Notes under the pieces: model-generated | Seen by the model: only the letters and a program-made list of their open reading frames with translations | Told to the model about the DNA's origin: nothing | Database searches by the model: none | Translations under genes and position numbers: made by a program | Origin: a virus | Lineage: Duplodnaviria; Caudoviricetes | Length of the DNA stretch: 64,000 nt | Reading direction: 5' to 3' (one strand) | IMG/VR virus record: IMGVR_UViG_3300001528_000208 | Coordinates: 32,001-96,000 of that record | Part shown: positions 1 through 10,420 of the stretch, piece by piece | Numbering within the stretch: position 1 is the first letter of the stretch | Layout: each line of letters starts with the position of its first letter

Positions 1-2
1 CA

Positions 3-3000
3 CCTGCAATTTTCAAGCTTATTCAAGCGGCGAAGGCGCTTGGTATTCCGCTAACAGAACTAATTCGATATTTGCTTAACGCTGCATCCGCTGGCGAAGA
101 ATTATCTAAGTCCGTTTCGCTTGAATCGCCTGCGGCACAGATTACCAAATTTAAAGATAAAGTAAAATCTGTCGTAGCAGCAGAAGAAGAACTTGCCGAA
201 ACAGGATATATTTCTGCTGATGCCGCTGAAGCGCTTGCAGAAGCATACACAGACGACGTTTATGACGCCATGGAATGGACAAGCAAGGGATATAAGGTAA
301 GCAAAGAAGCGCTTGAAGACCTTATTAAAGCACAGCGTATCGAATATGAACTTGCGCTTAACGATGCGCAAAATGCAGCCAATAAAATTGTAAACGCGAA
401 TATCGACGAAGCGGATTCGTATAACAAGAAAACACAGGCGATTCTTAATGCCATAAAGGCGAAGAAAGAAGATATCTACACGAGCATATTGGCTGGCGAA
501 CGCGGCTTCGAAGGTTGGGATCAGCTTGCGCTTCTTCGTATGTTACAAGATATTGAAGATGAAGTTGCGACCCTACAGTCGAATCTTGACAATTTTGATA
601 AGACTGTTGCTTATCTTCGCAAGACATCCACTTCTAAGAAGTCTAACGCCGAAACCGCCTACGAACGCGAAATCCGCCTGCTTGAACACGAACTGTATCT
701 TTCTGAACAGTTAGCCGACCTTTATAAAGGCGACAATGACGAAGCGAACTATCGCGCTGAAGTCAACAAGCAGATGGAAATTTACATCAAGCTGATGGAT
801 GCTGCCCACGCTGAAGCCGAACGACTTCGCAAACTTGGCTACGCCGAAACGTCCGAAGAAATTCAGAACTTGCAGCAGGCGTGGTGGGGCTATTACAACG
901 CCCGTCGCGACCTTGCGACCGGTCTTGCCGACTGGGAAAAGCAAACGACCGAAGACGCCCTTAACGACGTCAAGGACGCAATCAACGACCTTCTTGATGA
1001 AGCCGAAGACCGTTTGAACGACAAGCTGAAGTCACTTGAAGCCAAAATCGACAAAAATGAAGCCATCAAGAAGCTTCACGAAGTATTCTTCGGAATCCTG
1101 AATGATGTCGCTGATGGTATGCACGAAATCGACAAGGAACTTGAAGCTTCCCTGTCTTCCGCCGACTATCTTGACGAACAGCTTCGACAGGCGATGTTCA
1201 ACGAAGACGACTACAAGAAGATGTCGTCTGAACTTAACCGCATTGCTGATGAAAGCCGCACGCTGTTCAAGGACTATCTGAATCAGCTTGAAATGCTGAC
1301 GGAAGATGAAGTCTATAAGGCAGATTATATTACCAGCGAATTCGAACGTCAGTACAAGTACAAAGAACTTGAATACGACATCGCGCAGAAAGAACTGGAT
1401 TTGGCGAAGGCGCAGACCAAGCTTCAGAACACGCTGATGAACCGCAACGTCCGTATGTATAAGAACGGACAGTGGATTTGGACTGCGGATTATTCTGCCG
1501 TTCAGGAAGCGAAGAAAGAAGTTCGCGACGCCGAATACGAATATCGCGATGCTGAAATCAAGCTGAAGCAACAGGAAATCCTTGATAAGTATGCCAAGCT
1601 GATTGACGGCCTAAACTTGCAGAAGGATGCTGCGCAGGAAGAATTTGACCGCCTGAAAGACTACTGGGAAAAGGTTCAGAAGCAGTTAACCACCGAAGAA
1701 AGCGCAATGCAGCGTCTTCTAAAGGCGATTAACGGCACCGACATCCCGCAGTTCCGCGAAATTATCAATTCTGTTGGTAAGGGTCTTATCGACCTGATTA
1801 ACGGTCTTGGCACTGGTTCTGTGTATAATCCTGCTGGTGGCGCAGGCGGCTGGTCTTATGGTGCTGGTGGCACTATGGTCAGCGGAAGTGGCTATGTCTC
1901 AGGTTCTTCCGGTGGTAAAAACACCATCGGCGCAATCGGTGGTGGTGGCACTTCTGGCAGCTTAGTTCCCGCCTATTCTGGCGGTCAGCCGCACTACAGT
2001 GGTAGCTATGGTGACGATTATGTTGCGCCGCGCACTGATGGCTGGCAACCCGGCGAAACGCTTCCGGGTACAAGCGGCAATGCGCCTGCTGGTACGGAAT
2101 ACGACAAGTGGGTTCTTGCTAACGGTGAGCCGCCGAATCTTACCTATAAAGACACTGGTGTCTATGCAAAGGGCACTTCTCCGTCTATCAAGGGCGCAGA
2201 CATGAGTCGCGACAGCAAGTGGGCTGGTCAGACTGTTGAAAAGAATGGTTACGTTATCAGCTACGACGAACTTGGCTATGCCCGTAGTGCAATTAACGTT
2301 CGTGCTGGTTCGCGCAACGAAAATCTTGCGAACAAGTATCCGCGCGTTGATGCTGATGGTAACATCATGTATAGCAAGTCCGGTATGTGGTCGTCCAATA
2401 CTGGTCGTGGGTATTACTATTCCACTACTGACACGGCTGACGATACCATCTATTGGGATGAAAGCAATCCCAACTATGTTGGTGGAACGCCCAGCAGCGA
2501 CTCGAATCAGCGCCGTTACCTTGAAAACCTTGTTAAAACTGGTAACTATGGTCAACGCGAATGGGCAAAGGCGGAACTTGCCAAGATGGGCACGTCTTCT
2601 GGCGGAAGTTCGTCTTCCAGTTCTTCTGGCGGTGGTGGCGGTTCGTCTTCCAGCAGCAGTTCTTCGTCCAAGGGAAGTTCTTCCAGTTCGTCTTCCGATA
2701 GCGGGAAGTCCAATCAGCAGCGCTATCTGGAAAGTCTTGTTGAATCTGGCAACTACGGTCAGAAAGAATGGGCGAAAGACCAGCTTAACAAGGGCTTGTA
2801 CGATTCTGGTGGTATTCTGGATGGTGTTGGCGGCATCAAGGCGACTATGAAGGATGAAACCATCTTTGGCCCTGAACTGTCGTCTAAGTTGCTTTCCCCG
2901 CAGAAGTCTAAGGAATTCCTGAATTCTGCGACTGCACTTACCAAGATTCTTGATAATTCGTCTGCGCTTAGTTCGATGCTGAATCGTTTCGCTGGTCTTG

Positions 3001-3143
3001 TCAGCGGCAACAATTCTGTTGCGAACGACAGCCATGACGTCTACTTTAACGGCAATCCGCTTGGCGGAATGACGCGTGCCGATTCCGTTGCGCTGACTTC
3101 GATTCTGCGCAGATATATTCCGATTAGTGGAGGTGGAAGATAA
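3..3143 (+). CDS. Tape-measure-like tail protein, 5'-truncated by the window edge
   Basis: Frame is open from position 3. Long Ala/Glu/Lys helical region, Gly/Ser-rich C-terminal part, and a YDSGG motif near the end; lies directly upstream of tail genes. Confidence 0.7.
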   Translation, partial: PAIFKLIQAAKALGIPLTELIRYLLNAASAGEELSKSVSLESPAAQITKFKDKVKSVVAAEEELAETGYISADAAEALAEAYTDDVYDAMEWTSKGYKVSKEALEDLIKAQRIEYELALNDAQNAANKIVNANIDEADSYNKKTQAILNAIKAKKEDIYTSILAGERGFEGWDQLALLRMLQDIEDEVATLQSNLDNFDKTVAYLRKTSTSKKSNAETAYEREIRLLEHELYLSEQLADLYKGDNDEANYRAEVNKQMEIYIKLMDAAHAEAERLRKLGYAETSEEIQNLQQAWWGYYNARRDLATGLADWEKQTTEDALNDVKDAINDLLDEAEDRLNDKLKSLEAKIDKNEAIKKLHEVFFGILNDVADGMHEIDKELEASLSSADYLDEQLRQAMFNEDDYKKMSSELNRIADESRTLFKDYLNQLEMLTEDEVYKADYITSEFERQYKYKELEYDIAQKELDLAKAQTKLQNTLMNRNVRMYKNGQWIWTADYSAVQEAKKEVRDAEYEYRDAEIKLKQQEILDKYAKLIDGLNLQKDAAQEEFDRLKDYWEKVQKQLTTEESAMQRLLKAINGTDIPQFREIINSVGKGLIDLINGLGTGSVYNPAGGAGGWSYGAGGTMVSGSGYVSGSSGGKNTIGAIGGGGTSGSLVPAYSGGQPHYSGSYGDDYVAPRTDGWQPGETLPGTSGNAPAGTEYDKWVLANGEPPNLTYKDTGVYAKGTSPSIKGADMSRDSKWAGQTVEKNGYVISYDELGYARSAINVRAGSRNENLANKYPRVDADGNIMYSKSGMWSSNTGRGYYYSTTDTADDTIYWDESNPNYVGGTPSSDSNQRRYLENLVKTGNYGQREWAKAELAKMGTSSGGSSSSSSSGGGGGSSSSSSSSSKGSSSSSSSDSGKSNQQRYLESLVESGNYGQKEWAKDQLNKGLYDSGGILDGVGGIKATMKDETIFGPELSSKLLSPQKSKEFLNSATALTKILDNSSALSSMLNRFAGLVSGNNSVANDSHDVYFNGNPLGGMTRADSVALTSILRRYIPISGGGR

Positions 3144-5203
3144 TGGGACAGTATCGCCCGTCAGGGCTTATCCCTTCGACGTTGACATCGGACTATACCA
3201 TTGACGCGACTGTTGCCAATGACTTCCGCTGTAGAATCAATGGCACAAGCCCTACAACTAAATATCAGTTAAAAATCATGAAGAATGACGCCGCATCTAC
3301 CGCCGTGTATGATAGCGGCGTCGTTACTTTAGATACGCCGCTTTACCCCGTGAACTATGACGGGACGCAGAACGAATTAGTCGTAAGCGTCCCCGCCAGT
3401 TCCACGATGGAAAACGGCAACGAATACAAGTGGACTATGACTTCGTATTGGTCTGATGAAGATAAATACGAATCGTATGAAAACGTATTTAAGGCGTATG
3501 CCGCAGCGACTATTTCAATCACCAACTTTGTTGATGTTATGACCACCCGTTCGTATACGTTCACCGCGTCTGTCACACAGGCACAGGGTATTGGCGTGGA
3601 ACGTTTTGGCTGGATTATCCGCAACAAAGATACTGGCGAAGAAACCGTAAATACCATTGACGAAAACAACATCTATTCGTCTGATATTCGCGTTTCTTAT
3701 GATGGTTTCCTTAGTGGAACCACAGAAGAAATCAAGGTGAAATGTTGGTTGAACGATGGCACAAGTGTAGAAACGCCATTTAAGGAATTTTCTGTAAGTT
3801 ACCAGTTGGTAACTTTTGAAAATCTTGTTAACACTGAAATTAGAAGCGATTCTGGTGTTGATATAAAGTGGAATAAGCTTAGTTATATTGACGGCGAAGC
3901 AACTGGAACTAACTATGAATATATACAAGACGACCGCGAAGGATATAGCCATAAATATATTCATATTAAACAGGGCGAAACCGTTAAGTTTGATACGGTT
4001 AATACGGCGCAAATGGCGTTCCCGACATCTACTTCGCACGTTGTTGGTTTTTGGGTTGATGGTTCTAATAATAGCATATATAAAGCTACTGGCGTAGATT
4101 CCAATGGTAACCCGTATTATATCGAATTAAAGTCAACCGCATCTGATATTATTCTGAGTGTTAATGGAAGTGAAACTACGCTGTTTTCAAAAACCGTTAT
4201 ACAGAAATGGTTTACTGTTGTAATTGAACCGAAGCGGGTATATGGCATTGAATGGTCTGAAGATGCACCAATTTATCCAAGAAACGACCTTTATCCAAAC
4301 GATAATATGTATCCTCGCTATGTTATTAGCCCATTTGTGAAAACATATTCCAATGTCGATATTGACGATGGTGGAACATGGAGTTCTATTACTACGTCTG
4401 GCGATGTTCTTATGCGATATATTTGGGTTGAAGACCGCGCGATTGCTGATTTGGACATTGAATATCTTAGTAGCATAAACAATCTTCCTATTTGGGATAA
4501 TGAAACTCTTATGCTTGCCGTCTTTAATGAAAATTTCCGCGCTGGTAATATTGAGTCTGATGTACCTGTTACCGGTTGGATTGTTTATAGTATAGAAAGT
4601 GGGTCATCTTTCCTGAAGCCGGTTCTTTCTGTTGGTGCCACTGTCAGCGGTTTCACCGACTATACCGTTAGAAATCAAACCGGAACGATGTACTACGTTT
4701 TTCCAGTGTTCGGCGATAAGATAGGTGCGTCTGCATCTTCTGATATCGTAACACCAAATTGGTGGGATTGGTCGCTTATTGTTTGTGACAAGGTTGACAA
4801 CGATACGTATTATCAAAGCAAAACATATCAGTTTGACCTTGACGTTTCTTCTGGAAGTATGTCCAACAACACGACATTTAATGAACTACAGAATTTTACC
4901 AAGTATGCAAAGGTTCAAAATTCTCCGTCTAACTATTGGTCTGGTACACTTTCCGCGTTTATTGGAAATTGTGGATTGATCTATAAGGATACTGTTGACC
5001 AAATGAATGAACTAAAATCGTTAACGACAGATAATCGTGACAAGTTCTTAAAAGACCGAAAGGGCAATATGTGGAAAGTTCGCCTCAATTCTGCTGTAAG
5101 CGAGAAAATGACCGATGAATACGTTGAACAGGCTGTTGTTGTGACGCTTGGTTGGATGGAAATTGGTGATGCTTCGAATACTGTTATAACAAATAAGATG
5201 TAA
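3143..5203 (+). CDS. Phage tail structural protein (beta-rich, 686 aa)
   Basis: Coupled to the upstream gene (TAATG). Carries an IYPRNDLYPNDNMYP repeat motif of the kind seen in Firmicutes phage tail proteins. Confidence 0.6.
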   Translation: MGQYRPSGLIPSTLTSDYTIDATVANDFRCRINGTSPTTKYQLKIMKNDAASTAVYDSGVVTLDTPLYPVNYDGTQNELVVSVPASSTMENGNEYKWTMTSYWSDEDKYESYENVFKAYAAATISITNFVDVMTTRSYTFTASVTQAQGIGVERFGWIIRNKDTGEETVNTIDENNIYSSDIRVSYDGFLSGTTEEIKVKCWLNDGTSVETPFKEFSVSYQLVTFENLVNTEIRSDSGVDIKWNKLSYIDGEATGTNYEYIQDDREGYSHKYIHIKQGETVKFDTVNTAQMAFPTSTSHVVGFWVDGSNNSIYKATGVDSNGNPYYIELKSTASDIILSVNGSETTLFSKTVIQKWFTVVIEPKRVYGIEWSEDAPIYPRNDLYPNDNMYPRYVISPFVKTYSNVDIDDGGTWSSITTSGDVLMRYIWVEDRAIADLDIEYLSSINNLPIWDNETLMLAVFNENFRAGNIESDVPVTGWIVYSIESGSSFLKPVLSVGATVSGFTDYTVRNQTGTMYYVFPVFGDKIGASASSDIVTPNWWDWSLIVCDKVDNDTYYQSKTYQFDLDVSSGSMSNNTTFNELQNFTKYAKVQNSPSNYWSGTLSAFIGNCGLIYKDTVDQMNELKSLTTDNRDKFLKDRKGNMWKVRLNSAVSEKMTDEYVEQAVVVTLGWMEIGDASNTVITNKM

Positions 5204-5211
5204 GGTGGTGA

Positions 5212-6477
5212 ATGCCATTGGCGTTTCCTGACGATTATAGTGAATATCTTTCTCTGCTTAAGACTAACTGTAGATATGCCATCAAGCTTGAGTGGGTAAA
5301 CAACGATGGCACCGCCTATGCTGAAATCACAAGTTCGTATGTTGATATGTCGGGCACGCTTTCCGTTGGCATGGAAAATGGAACGCGTCGAACTGCCGAT
5401 ATCGAGCTTGACAATACGGATGGACAGTTCTCTGTTGACGTATATGGCATGTGGTATGGCAAAATGGTAAAGTTGTGGATGGGCGTATATCTGTCTGATG
5501 GTGAACCGTACTACTTCCCGCAGGGCGTGTTCTACGTCAATTCTGTTGAAGAAACAAATGCGCCAGCACAGCGAATCGTCACGTTGCATCTGATTGATAA
5601 GTGGTGCTTCCTTGACGGCACGATGTGGGGAAATCTTGACGGAATCTATATTGTGCCAGTCGGTTCCAACATCTACGACGCGCTGACAAAGTTGCTGAAG
5701 ACTTCGCGCTTCACTGGCGAAAACGTGGACGATAAGGGCGAACCGCAGACAAACGCCGTCGACCCGATTCAGCCCAACCTTGCGTCTTATTATATCACCA
5801 AGGAATATGAAGAAGCTGGGTCGAAATGGAAAGCAATCAACACACCGTATGAAATTCGTATGGAATACGGCAAGACGTATGCTGACGTGTTACTGGAATT
5901 CGCGACCATGCTTGGTGCATATATCTACTATGATGTTGACGGACGCCTGACGATTGAACCCACGCAGGATGATATTGTTGATAGTTCGAAGCCTATTCTG
6001 TGGACTTTCACGCCGAATGAACAGGAATTTCTATCGGAAGATTCAACGCACGACTTCGGAACATTCTATAACGACATTATCGTAATTGGGTATACCACCA
6101 ATGGCAAGCAGGCGAAGGGGCGTGCGCAAAACACGAATACTGCGTCGCCAACTGCAATTCCGATTGTTGGTATTAAGACGTATCCGCCCTACGAGGATAC
6201 CGCGTACTATACCGACGACCAGTGCAACGAACTTGCGCAATACTACTTGAAGCGCCAGACGATTAAGCAGCGTAGTGTTGTAATCACATCGGCGCCCATG
6301 TTCCATTTGCGTGAAAACCGCTTGATTGAATGTGTGCGTCCGTATACATCTAATAAAGAAGCGTTGCTGATTAGTGGTATAGACCTGCCGATTGGTTCGA
6401 CTGGAACAATGTCAATCACGGCGACTTCTGTAAATGAATTTGATTTTGGAGGTGCGGAATCCAGTGGAGAATCCTAA
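5212..6477 (+). CDS. Tail/baseplate hub-like protein
   Basis: RBS AAGGTGGTG; position in the tail module; YYDVDGRLTI-type motif. Confidence 0.55.
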   Translation: MPLAFPDDYSEYLSLLKTNCRYAIKLEWVNNDGTAYAEITSSYVDMSGTLSVGMENGTRRTADIELDNTDGQFSVDVYGMWYGKMVKLWMGVYLSDGEPYYFPQGVFYVNSVEETNAPAQRIVTLHLIDKWCFLDGTMWGNLDGIYIVPVGSNIYDALTKLLKTSRFTGENVDDKGEPQTNAVDPIQPNLASYYITKEYEEAGSKWKAINTPYEIRMEYGKTYADVLLEFATMLGAYIYYDVDGRLTIEPTQDDIVDSSKPILWTFTPNEQEFLSEDSTHDFGTFYNDIIVIGYTTNGKQAKGRAQNTNTASPTAIPIVGIKTYPPYEDTAYYTDDQCNELAQYYLKRQTIKQRSVVITSAPMFHLRENRLIECVRPYTSNKEALLISGIDLPIGSTGTMSITATSVNEFDFGGAESSGES

Positions 6478-6742
6478 TTTGCTAATTGCAGAAATCCAGA
6501 AGATTGTTCGCGCGGAACTGGATTCTGCACTTAAAAACTATTTGCGCGTCATTACTGCGAATGTCGTGTCTGTTAATAACAAGGTGGCGACGGTTCGTAT
6601 GCCATTTGCCGAAGATGCGTCAAGCGATTTTACTGCCTATATTGTCACAGGGCAAACTATTAAGGCTGGCGACGTTGTGAATGTTGCGTACTGGTGCAAC
6701 TTGTCTACGGCTATTGTTTTGTCGAATGTAAGCGAAACGTAA
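6464..6742 (+). CDS. Small tail protein (OB-fold/spike-like)
   Basis: GTG start after GGAGGTG; IKAGDVVNV motif; tail context. Confidence 0.45.
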   Translation: MENPNLLIAEIQKIVRAELDSALKNYLRVITANVVSVNNKVATVRMPFAEDASSDFTAYIVTGQTIKAGDVVNVAYWCNLSTAIVLSNVSET

Positions 6743-6765
6743 ATTTTAAGAAGGAGTTTATTTAA

Positions 6766-7782
6766 ATGCCTATCTTTAATCAAGGTACTGGTGGCGGCGG
6801 CGCAAGCCTGTCGCCTATTATTGTTGTTTCTGCGCCGACCGGAAGCACTGTTACCTGCAAGAAGGGTTCTACCGTTCTGACTGCGGAAGAATCTTCTGGT
6901 ACTTGGTCGTTTGCTATTCCGGCATATGGCACGTGGACGGTAACTGGCATAAGTGCTGGAACTACTGTCGAAAAGACGGTTGAAGTGACTGCCATTGAAG
7001 TTTATTTCGTCGCACTTGAATTTATTCCAGCCGTTCTCAATAATGCGACATGGGCGCAGGTTAAGCAGGCGTCCGATTCTGGTGTTGCGTCCAACTATTG
7101 GTCTGTTGGTGATACCAAACAGATTACGATTAACGGCAAAGTGTCCGACGGTCTTACGCTGTCGAACTATTCCACCTATGTATATATTATCGGGTTTGAC
7201 CACAACAGTTCTGTCGAAGGAACCGGCATCGCCTTTGGCGGATTCAAGACTGCTGCGTCTGGTGGAACAGATGTTGCGCTTTGCGACAGCGGATACAACA
7301 CAAATAAAACCAGTGGTCAGTGGTTCAACATGAACAATGACAATAGTACAAGCGGCGGCTGGGCTTCCTGCAATATGCGTAACAATACTTTGCCGCTGGT
7401 CAAGGCTGCGATGCCAAGCGACTTGCAGTCTGTTCTTAAGACGACCACGATTTACACGGATAATATTGGCGGTTCGTCTACCGCCGCAAGCTATGTGACT
7501 GCCACGCAGGATGAATTATACCTTCTTGCCGAATGGGAAATCTTTGGTGCGCGCACATACGCCAACACTGCTGAACAGACGAAACAGCAGCAGTATGCCT
7601 ACTATGTCGCCGGTAATTCGAAGGTTAAATACCACCAAGATGGTGGTATTGCCGCGTATTGGTGGGAGCGTTCCGTGAATGCGACGAACTCCAACGCTTT
7701 CTGCCGTGTGAACTCCAACGGTGCTGCCGGCCGTAACAACGCTAATTTTTCGTATGGGTTGGCCTTGGCTTTCAAAATTTGA
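6766..7782 (+). CDS. DGR target protein, putative receptor-binding protein with a C-type-lectin-like (DUF6273-like) C-terminal domain
   Basis: C-terminal WWERS...FC.V...GLA.AF motif; the 3' end matches the TR except at TR adenines. Confidence 0.9.
   Translation: MPIFNQGTGGGGASLSPIIVVSAPTGSTVTCKKGSTVLTAEESSGTWSFAIPAYGTWTVTGISAGTTVEKTVEVTAIEVYFVALEFIPAVLNNATWAQVKQASDSGVASNYWSVGDTKQITINGKVSDGLTLSNYSTYVYIIGFDHNSSVEGTGIAFGGFKTAASGGTDVALCDSGYNTNKTSGQWFNMNNDNSTSGGWASCNMRNNTLPLVKAAMPSDLQSVLKTTTIYTDNIGGSSTAASYVTATQDELYLLAEWEIFGARTYANTAEQTKQQQYAYYVAGNSKVKYHQDGGIAAYWWERSVNATNSNAFCRVNSNGAAGRNNANFSYGLALAFKI
7649..7771 (+). repeat. DGR variable repeat (VR)
   Basis: Ungapped 123-bp match to 8440-8562. There are 14 mismatches in the 39-codon core plus one near the 3' edge, all opposite TR adenines. 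Confidence 0.95.
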
Positions 7783-7809
7783 CGAAGTCAAATCACATTT
7801 TTAAACATA

Positions 7810-7825
7810 GCGCGCGAAAGCGCGC
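7810..7825 (+). promoter_or_regulatory. DGR target-recognition hairpin downstream of VR
   Basis: GCGCGC-GAAA-GCGCGC stem-loop about 40 nt after the VR end, the position expected for a DGR hairpin/cruciform. Confidence 0.7.
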
Positions 7826-7839
7826 GGAGGAACTATCAT

Positions 7840-8394
7840 ATGTCCGTATTAAAACCTAAAAGAAATGAAAGTACCATAGAATACGTTAAACTTGCTAACG
7901 ACTTGTTTTCGTGGACTGTTAATTTCGCATCAAGATTGTCTGCCAGATATTCTCGCCTTTTGTCAGATCGTACAATTAGTTTGGCGTCCGATGTTTTGGA
8001 GTGTTGTATTAAGGCGCACAATGCATATCCAAGTTGCTATGAATATGCCAAGATGCGCGAATTTTATTTTATAAAAGCGCTTGGTTCGCTGGAAGCTTTG
8101 GATGTTATGTTTGCGCACATCTATGAAATTTTAAGACTTAATCCACAGGGCGCGTTTTCTAAATCTAACGGAAAGTCAATTCCTGAAAATGAAGCCGTCG
8201 AAAAATTAGACAAAATGTGCGTAACAATCGGCGAAATATTCAACAAGGAAAAGGCTGTTCTTTTAAAGATAAAGAAATCTGCGCATGATAAGGTGCGGAC
8301 ATTAGAAAAAGATGAAAAGAAGCATATTGAACTTCCAGAAGAACTTGAAGGACAAATGCGCATATCTGATTTTGAATTTGAATTAAGTATTTAA
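7840..8394 (+). CDS. avd: DGR accessory variability determinant (Avd-like four-helix-bundle protein)
   Basis: Basic helical protein starting MSVLKPKR, located between the target gene and the TR. Confidence 0.8.
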   Translation: MSVLKPKRNESTIEYVKLANDLFSWTVNFASRLSARYSRLLSDRTISLASDVLECCIKAHNAYPSCYEYAKMREFYFIKALGSLEALDVMFAHIYEILRLNPQGAFSKSNGKSIPENEAVEKLDKMCVTIGEIFNKEKAVLLKIKKSAHDKVRTLEKDEKKHIELPEELEGQMRISDFEFELSI

Positions 8395-8439
8395 GACTTA
8401 CTTGGGTATGTTTCTGTATCTTTGTGCCCGTGGGCGTGT

Positions 8440-8562
8440 TTGCCGCGAATTGGTGGGAGCGTTCCGTGAATGCGACGAACTCCAACAATTTCTGCAATGT
8501 GAACACCAACGGTACTGCCAACAATAACAACGCTAATAATTCGAATGGGTTGGCCTTGGATT
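8440..8562 (+). repeat. DGR template repeat (TR)
   Basis: Non-coding copy of the VR containing 15 AAY codons, between avd and RT. Confidence 0.95.
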
Positions 8563-8786
8563 CGATAGTATTGGGTTAATCAAAAACTTCTTGAAAGTTT
8601 TACGACCCTTATTAAAGGAGAAGCATTTCCCGTGAAGGTGTATTCCTTCCAAAACAACCCCGCGATACTGTTGCACGGACGCTTCTTGCATGGTCGAAAG
8701 GCAAATTCGATTTCATGTGTAACAGTTATGCAAGTAATCTATGCGGGATTGGTTATACCAAGTCTTGTACACGGGGTATTTTATTT

Positions 8787-9956
8787 ATGAATAGTGCGCA
8801 AAGACACGAATTTCGATATTATAGGCGTAAAGAAAAGCGTCTTTCGAAAAAGATTAAACGATGCGAAGCTATCGGTGGAATAGATGGTGTATTTACATTT
8901 GGCGATTTATATAAATGCGGCAAAGCGTGCTGTAATGGCGTTCGGTGGAAGCATAGTGTGCAAAATTTCGAAATGCACTTGTTTTCAACTACGGTTAAAT
9001 CGTTGGCTGACGTAAAGAACGATAAATGGGAAAGCAACGAATATTTCAGATTTGTTTTAACGGAACGTGGTAAAACACGCGATATTGATGCGCCCAAAAT
9101 TGTTGACAGGCAAATCCATAAAGCTATTACGCGAAACATTCTTTTGCCGTTATATACACCAATGATGATTTACAATAATGGGGCAAGTCAAAAAGGAAAG
9201 GGATTCCACTTTAGCTCAAATGAACTGAAGAAAGATTTGCGTGAACATTTTAGGAAGTATGGTCGTGAAGGTTGGATACTTCTAATTGATTTCAAGAAAT
9301 TTTTTCCAAACGCAAAACACGCAAATATATACAATAATCATGAAGAATTAATTTTTGATGAAAGATTGCGTAGATTGTGTGATTATGTTGTTGGATTTAA
9401 CAATAATTCTGGATTTGGTATGCCGCTTGGCGTAGAACCAAGTCAAGCGGAAATGATTTTCTTCCCATGGAAACTTGATTGCTATTTAACGTGCCAATGT
9501 GGATTTAGTGGATGCGGTCACTATATGGATGACTATTATATTATAATACCGCCAACGATGAATCCGCATGATGTTCGTGCGAAAGTATTATCTTTTGCCG
9601 AATCGCTTGGAATAAGAGTAAATCGCGATAAATCATACTTCGTTAAACTTACAAAATCGTTCCGATATTGTAAAATACGATATCGACTTACGGATACTGG
9701 TGCCGTTAAAACACTTGGTAGTAGACCTGCTTATAGGCGAGCTGCAAGGAAAATTCGTGCATTTAAACGCATGGTGGACGAAGGCAAAATGAAATATGAG
9801 GATGTCTACTGTTCTATGAATTCTATAATATCGTATTTCGATAATTTCGACGACAATAACCGTTCTTTTAGATTGAAACGATTGTTTGTTAAAACGTTTG
9901 GATTTAAATATGACGACCTAATGACATTTAGAAGGAGGGATTTCTATAATGTATAA
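8787..9956 (+). CDS. DGR reverse transcriptase (alternative start 8715)
   Basis: DFKKFF, GVEPSQ (DGR-type SQ) and YMDD motifs; adjacent to the TR and avd. Confidence 0.95.
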   Translation: MNSAQRHEFRYYRRKEKRLSKKIKRCEAIGGIDGVFTFGDLYKCGKACCNGVRWKHSVQNFEMHLFSTTVKSLADVKNDKWESNEYFRFVLTERGKTRDIDAPKIVDRQIHKAITRNILLPLYTPMMIYNNGASQKGKGFHFSSNELKKDLREHFRKYGREGWILLIDFKKFFPNAKHANIYNNHEELIFDERLRRLCDYVVGFNNNSGFGMPLGVEPSQAEMIFFPWKLDCYLTCQCGFSGCGHYMDDYYIIIPPTMNPHDVRAKVLSFAESLGIRVNRDKSYFVKLTKSFRYCKIRYRLTDTGAVKTLGSRPAYRRAARKIRAFKRMVDEGKMKYEDVYCSMNSIISYFDNFDDNNRSFRLKRLFVKTFGFKYDDLMTFRRRDFYNV

Positions 9957-10260
9957 GCTGTTTTCTGACGGAAACTTTCTTGGTTATGCGGAAGAACTTA
10001 ATTATATCAAGCGTAGTTCTAACGGATGTTTTATCCCCGCAAAAAGCGATGATGCTCAGGGCATTGCTTTTAAGTCTATTGCCTACAGTTTTGATGCCGG
10101 CAAACTGAAGGGGTGTCCCAAGGTTGTTATTTCCGAAGTCGGTATTGATGAAATCAATGAACGCATCACTGCTGCGCGCGCAGACCTTGACTATGTTATG
10201 ATGATGACCGACACGGTTATCCCTGTTGACGAAACTTCTGTCGAGGAGGTGTCTGAATAA
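9949..10260 (+). CDS. Hypothetical tail-associated protein
   Basis: RBS AGGAGG; C-terminal ADLDYVMMM motif of the kind preceding XkdX-like genes. Confidence 0.55.
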   Translation: MYKLFSDGNFLGYAEELNYIKRSSNGCFIPAKSDDAQGIAFKSIAYSFDAGKLKGCPKVVISEVGIDEINERITAARADLDYVMMMTDTVIPVDETSVEEVSE

Positions 10261-10403
10261 TGCACAGTCCCAAATTTGAACTTGTTAAGCGTTATTACGA
10301 CGCTGGGTACTGGAACAAGGCTATGGTCATCAATGCTACCAAGTTCCCGAAGTCTAATCCGTGGATTACCACAGAAGAAGCTGCCGAAATTCTTGGCGAA
10401 TAA
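10260..10403 (+). CDS. XkdX-like small protein (47 aa, not in the ORF track)
   Basis: MHSPKFELVKRYYDAGYWNKAMV...WITTEEAAEILGE; RBS GAGGAGG. Confidence 0.75.
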   Translation: MHSPKFELVKRYYDAGYWNKAMVINATKFPKSNPWITTEEAAEILGE

Positions 10404-10420
10404 ATTTTTAAGGTGATAAT

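Noticed and set aside
8787-9956. RT as a group II intron, retron or Abi RT
   Set aside because: The TR/VR pair with A-only mismatches, avd and the SQ motif identify a DGR. No maturase/endonuclease extension or intron domain V is seen.
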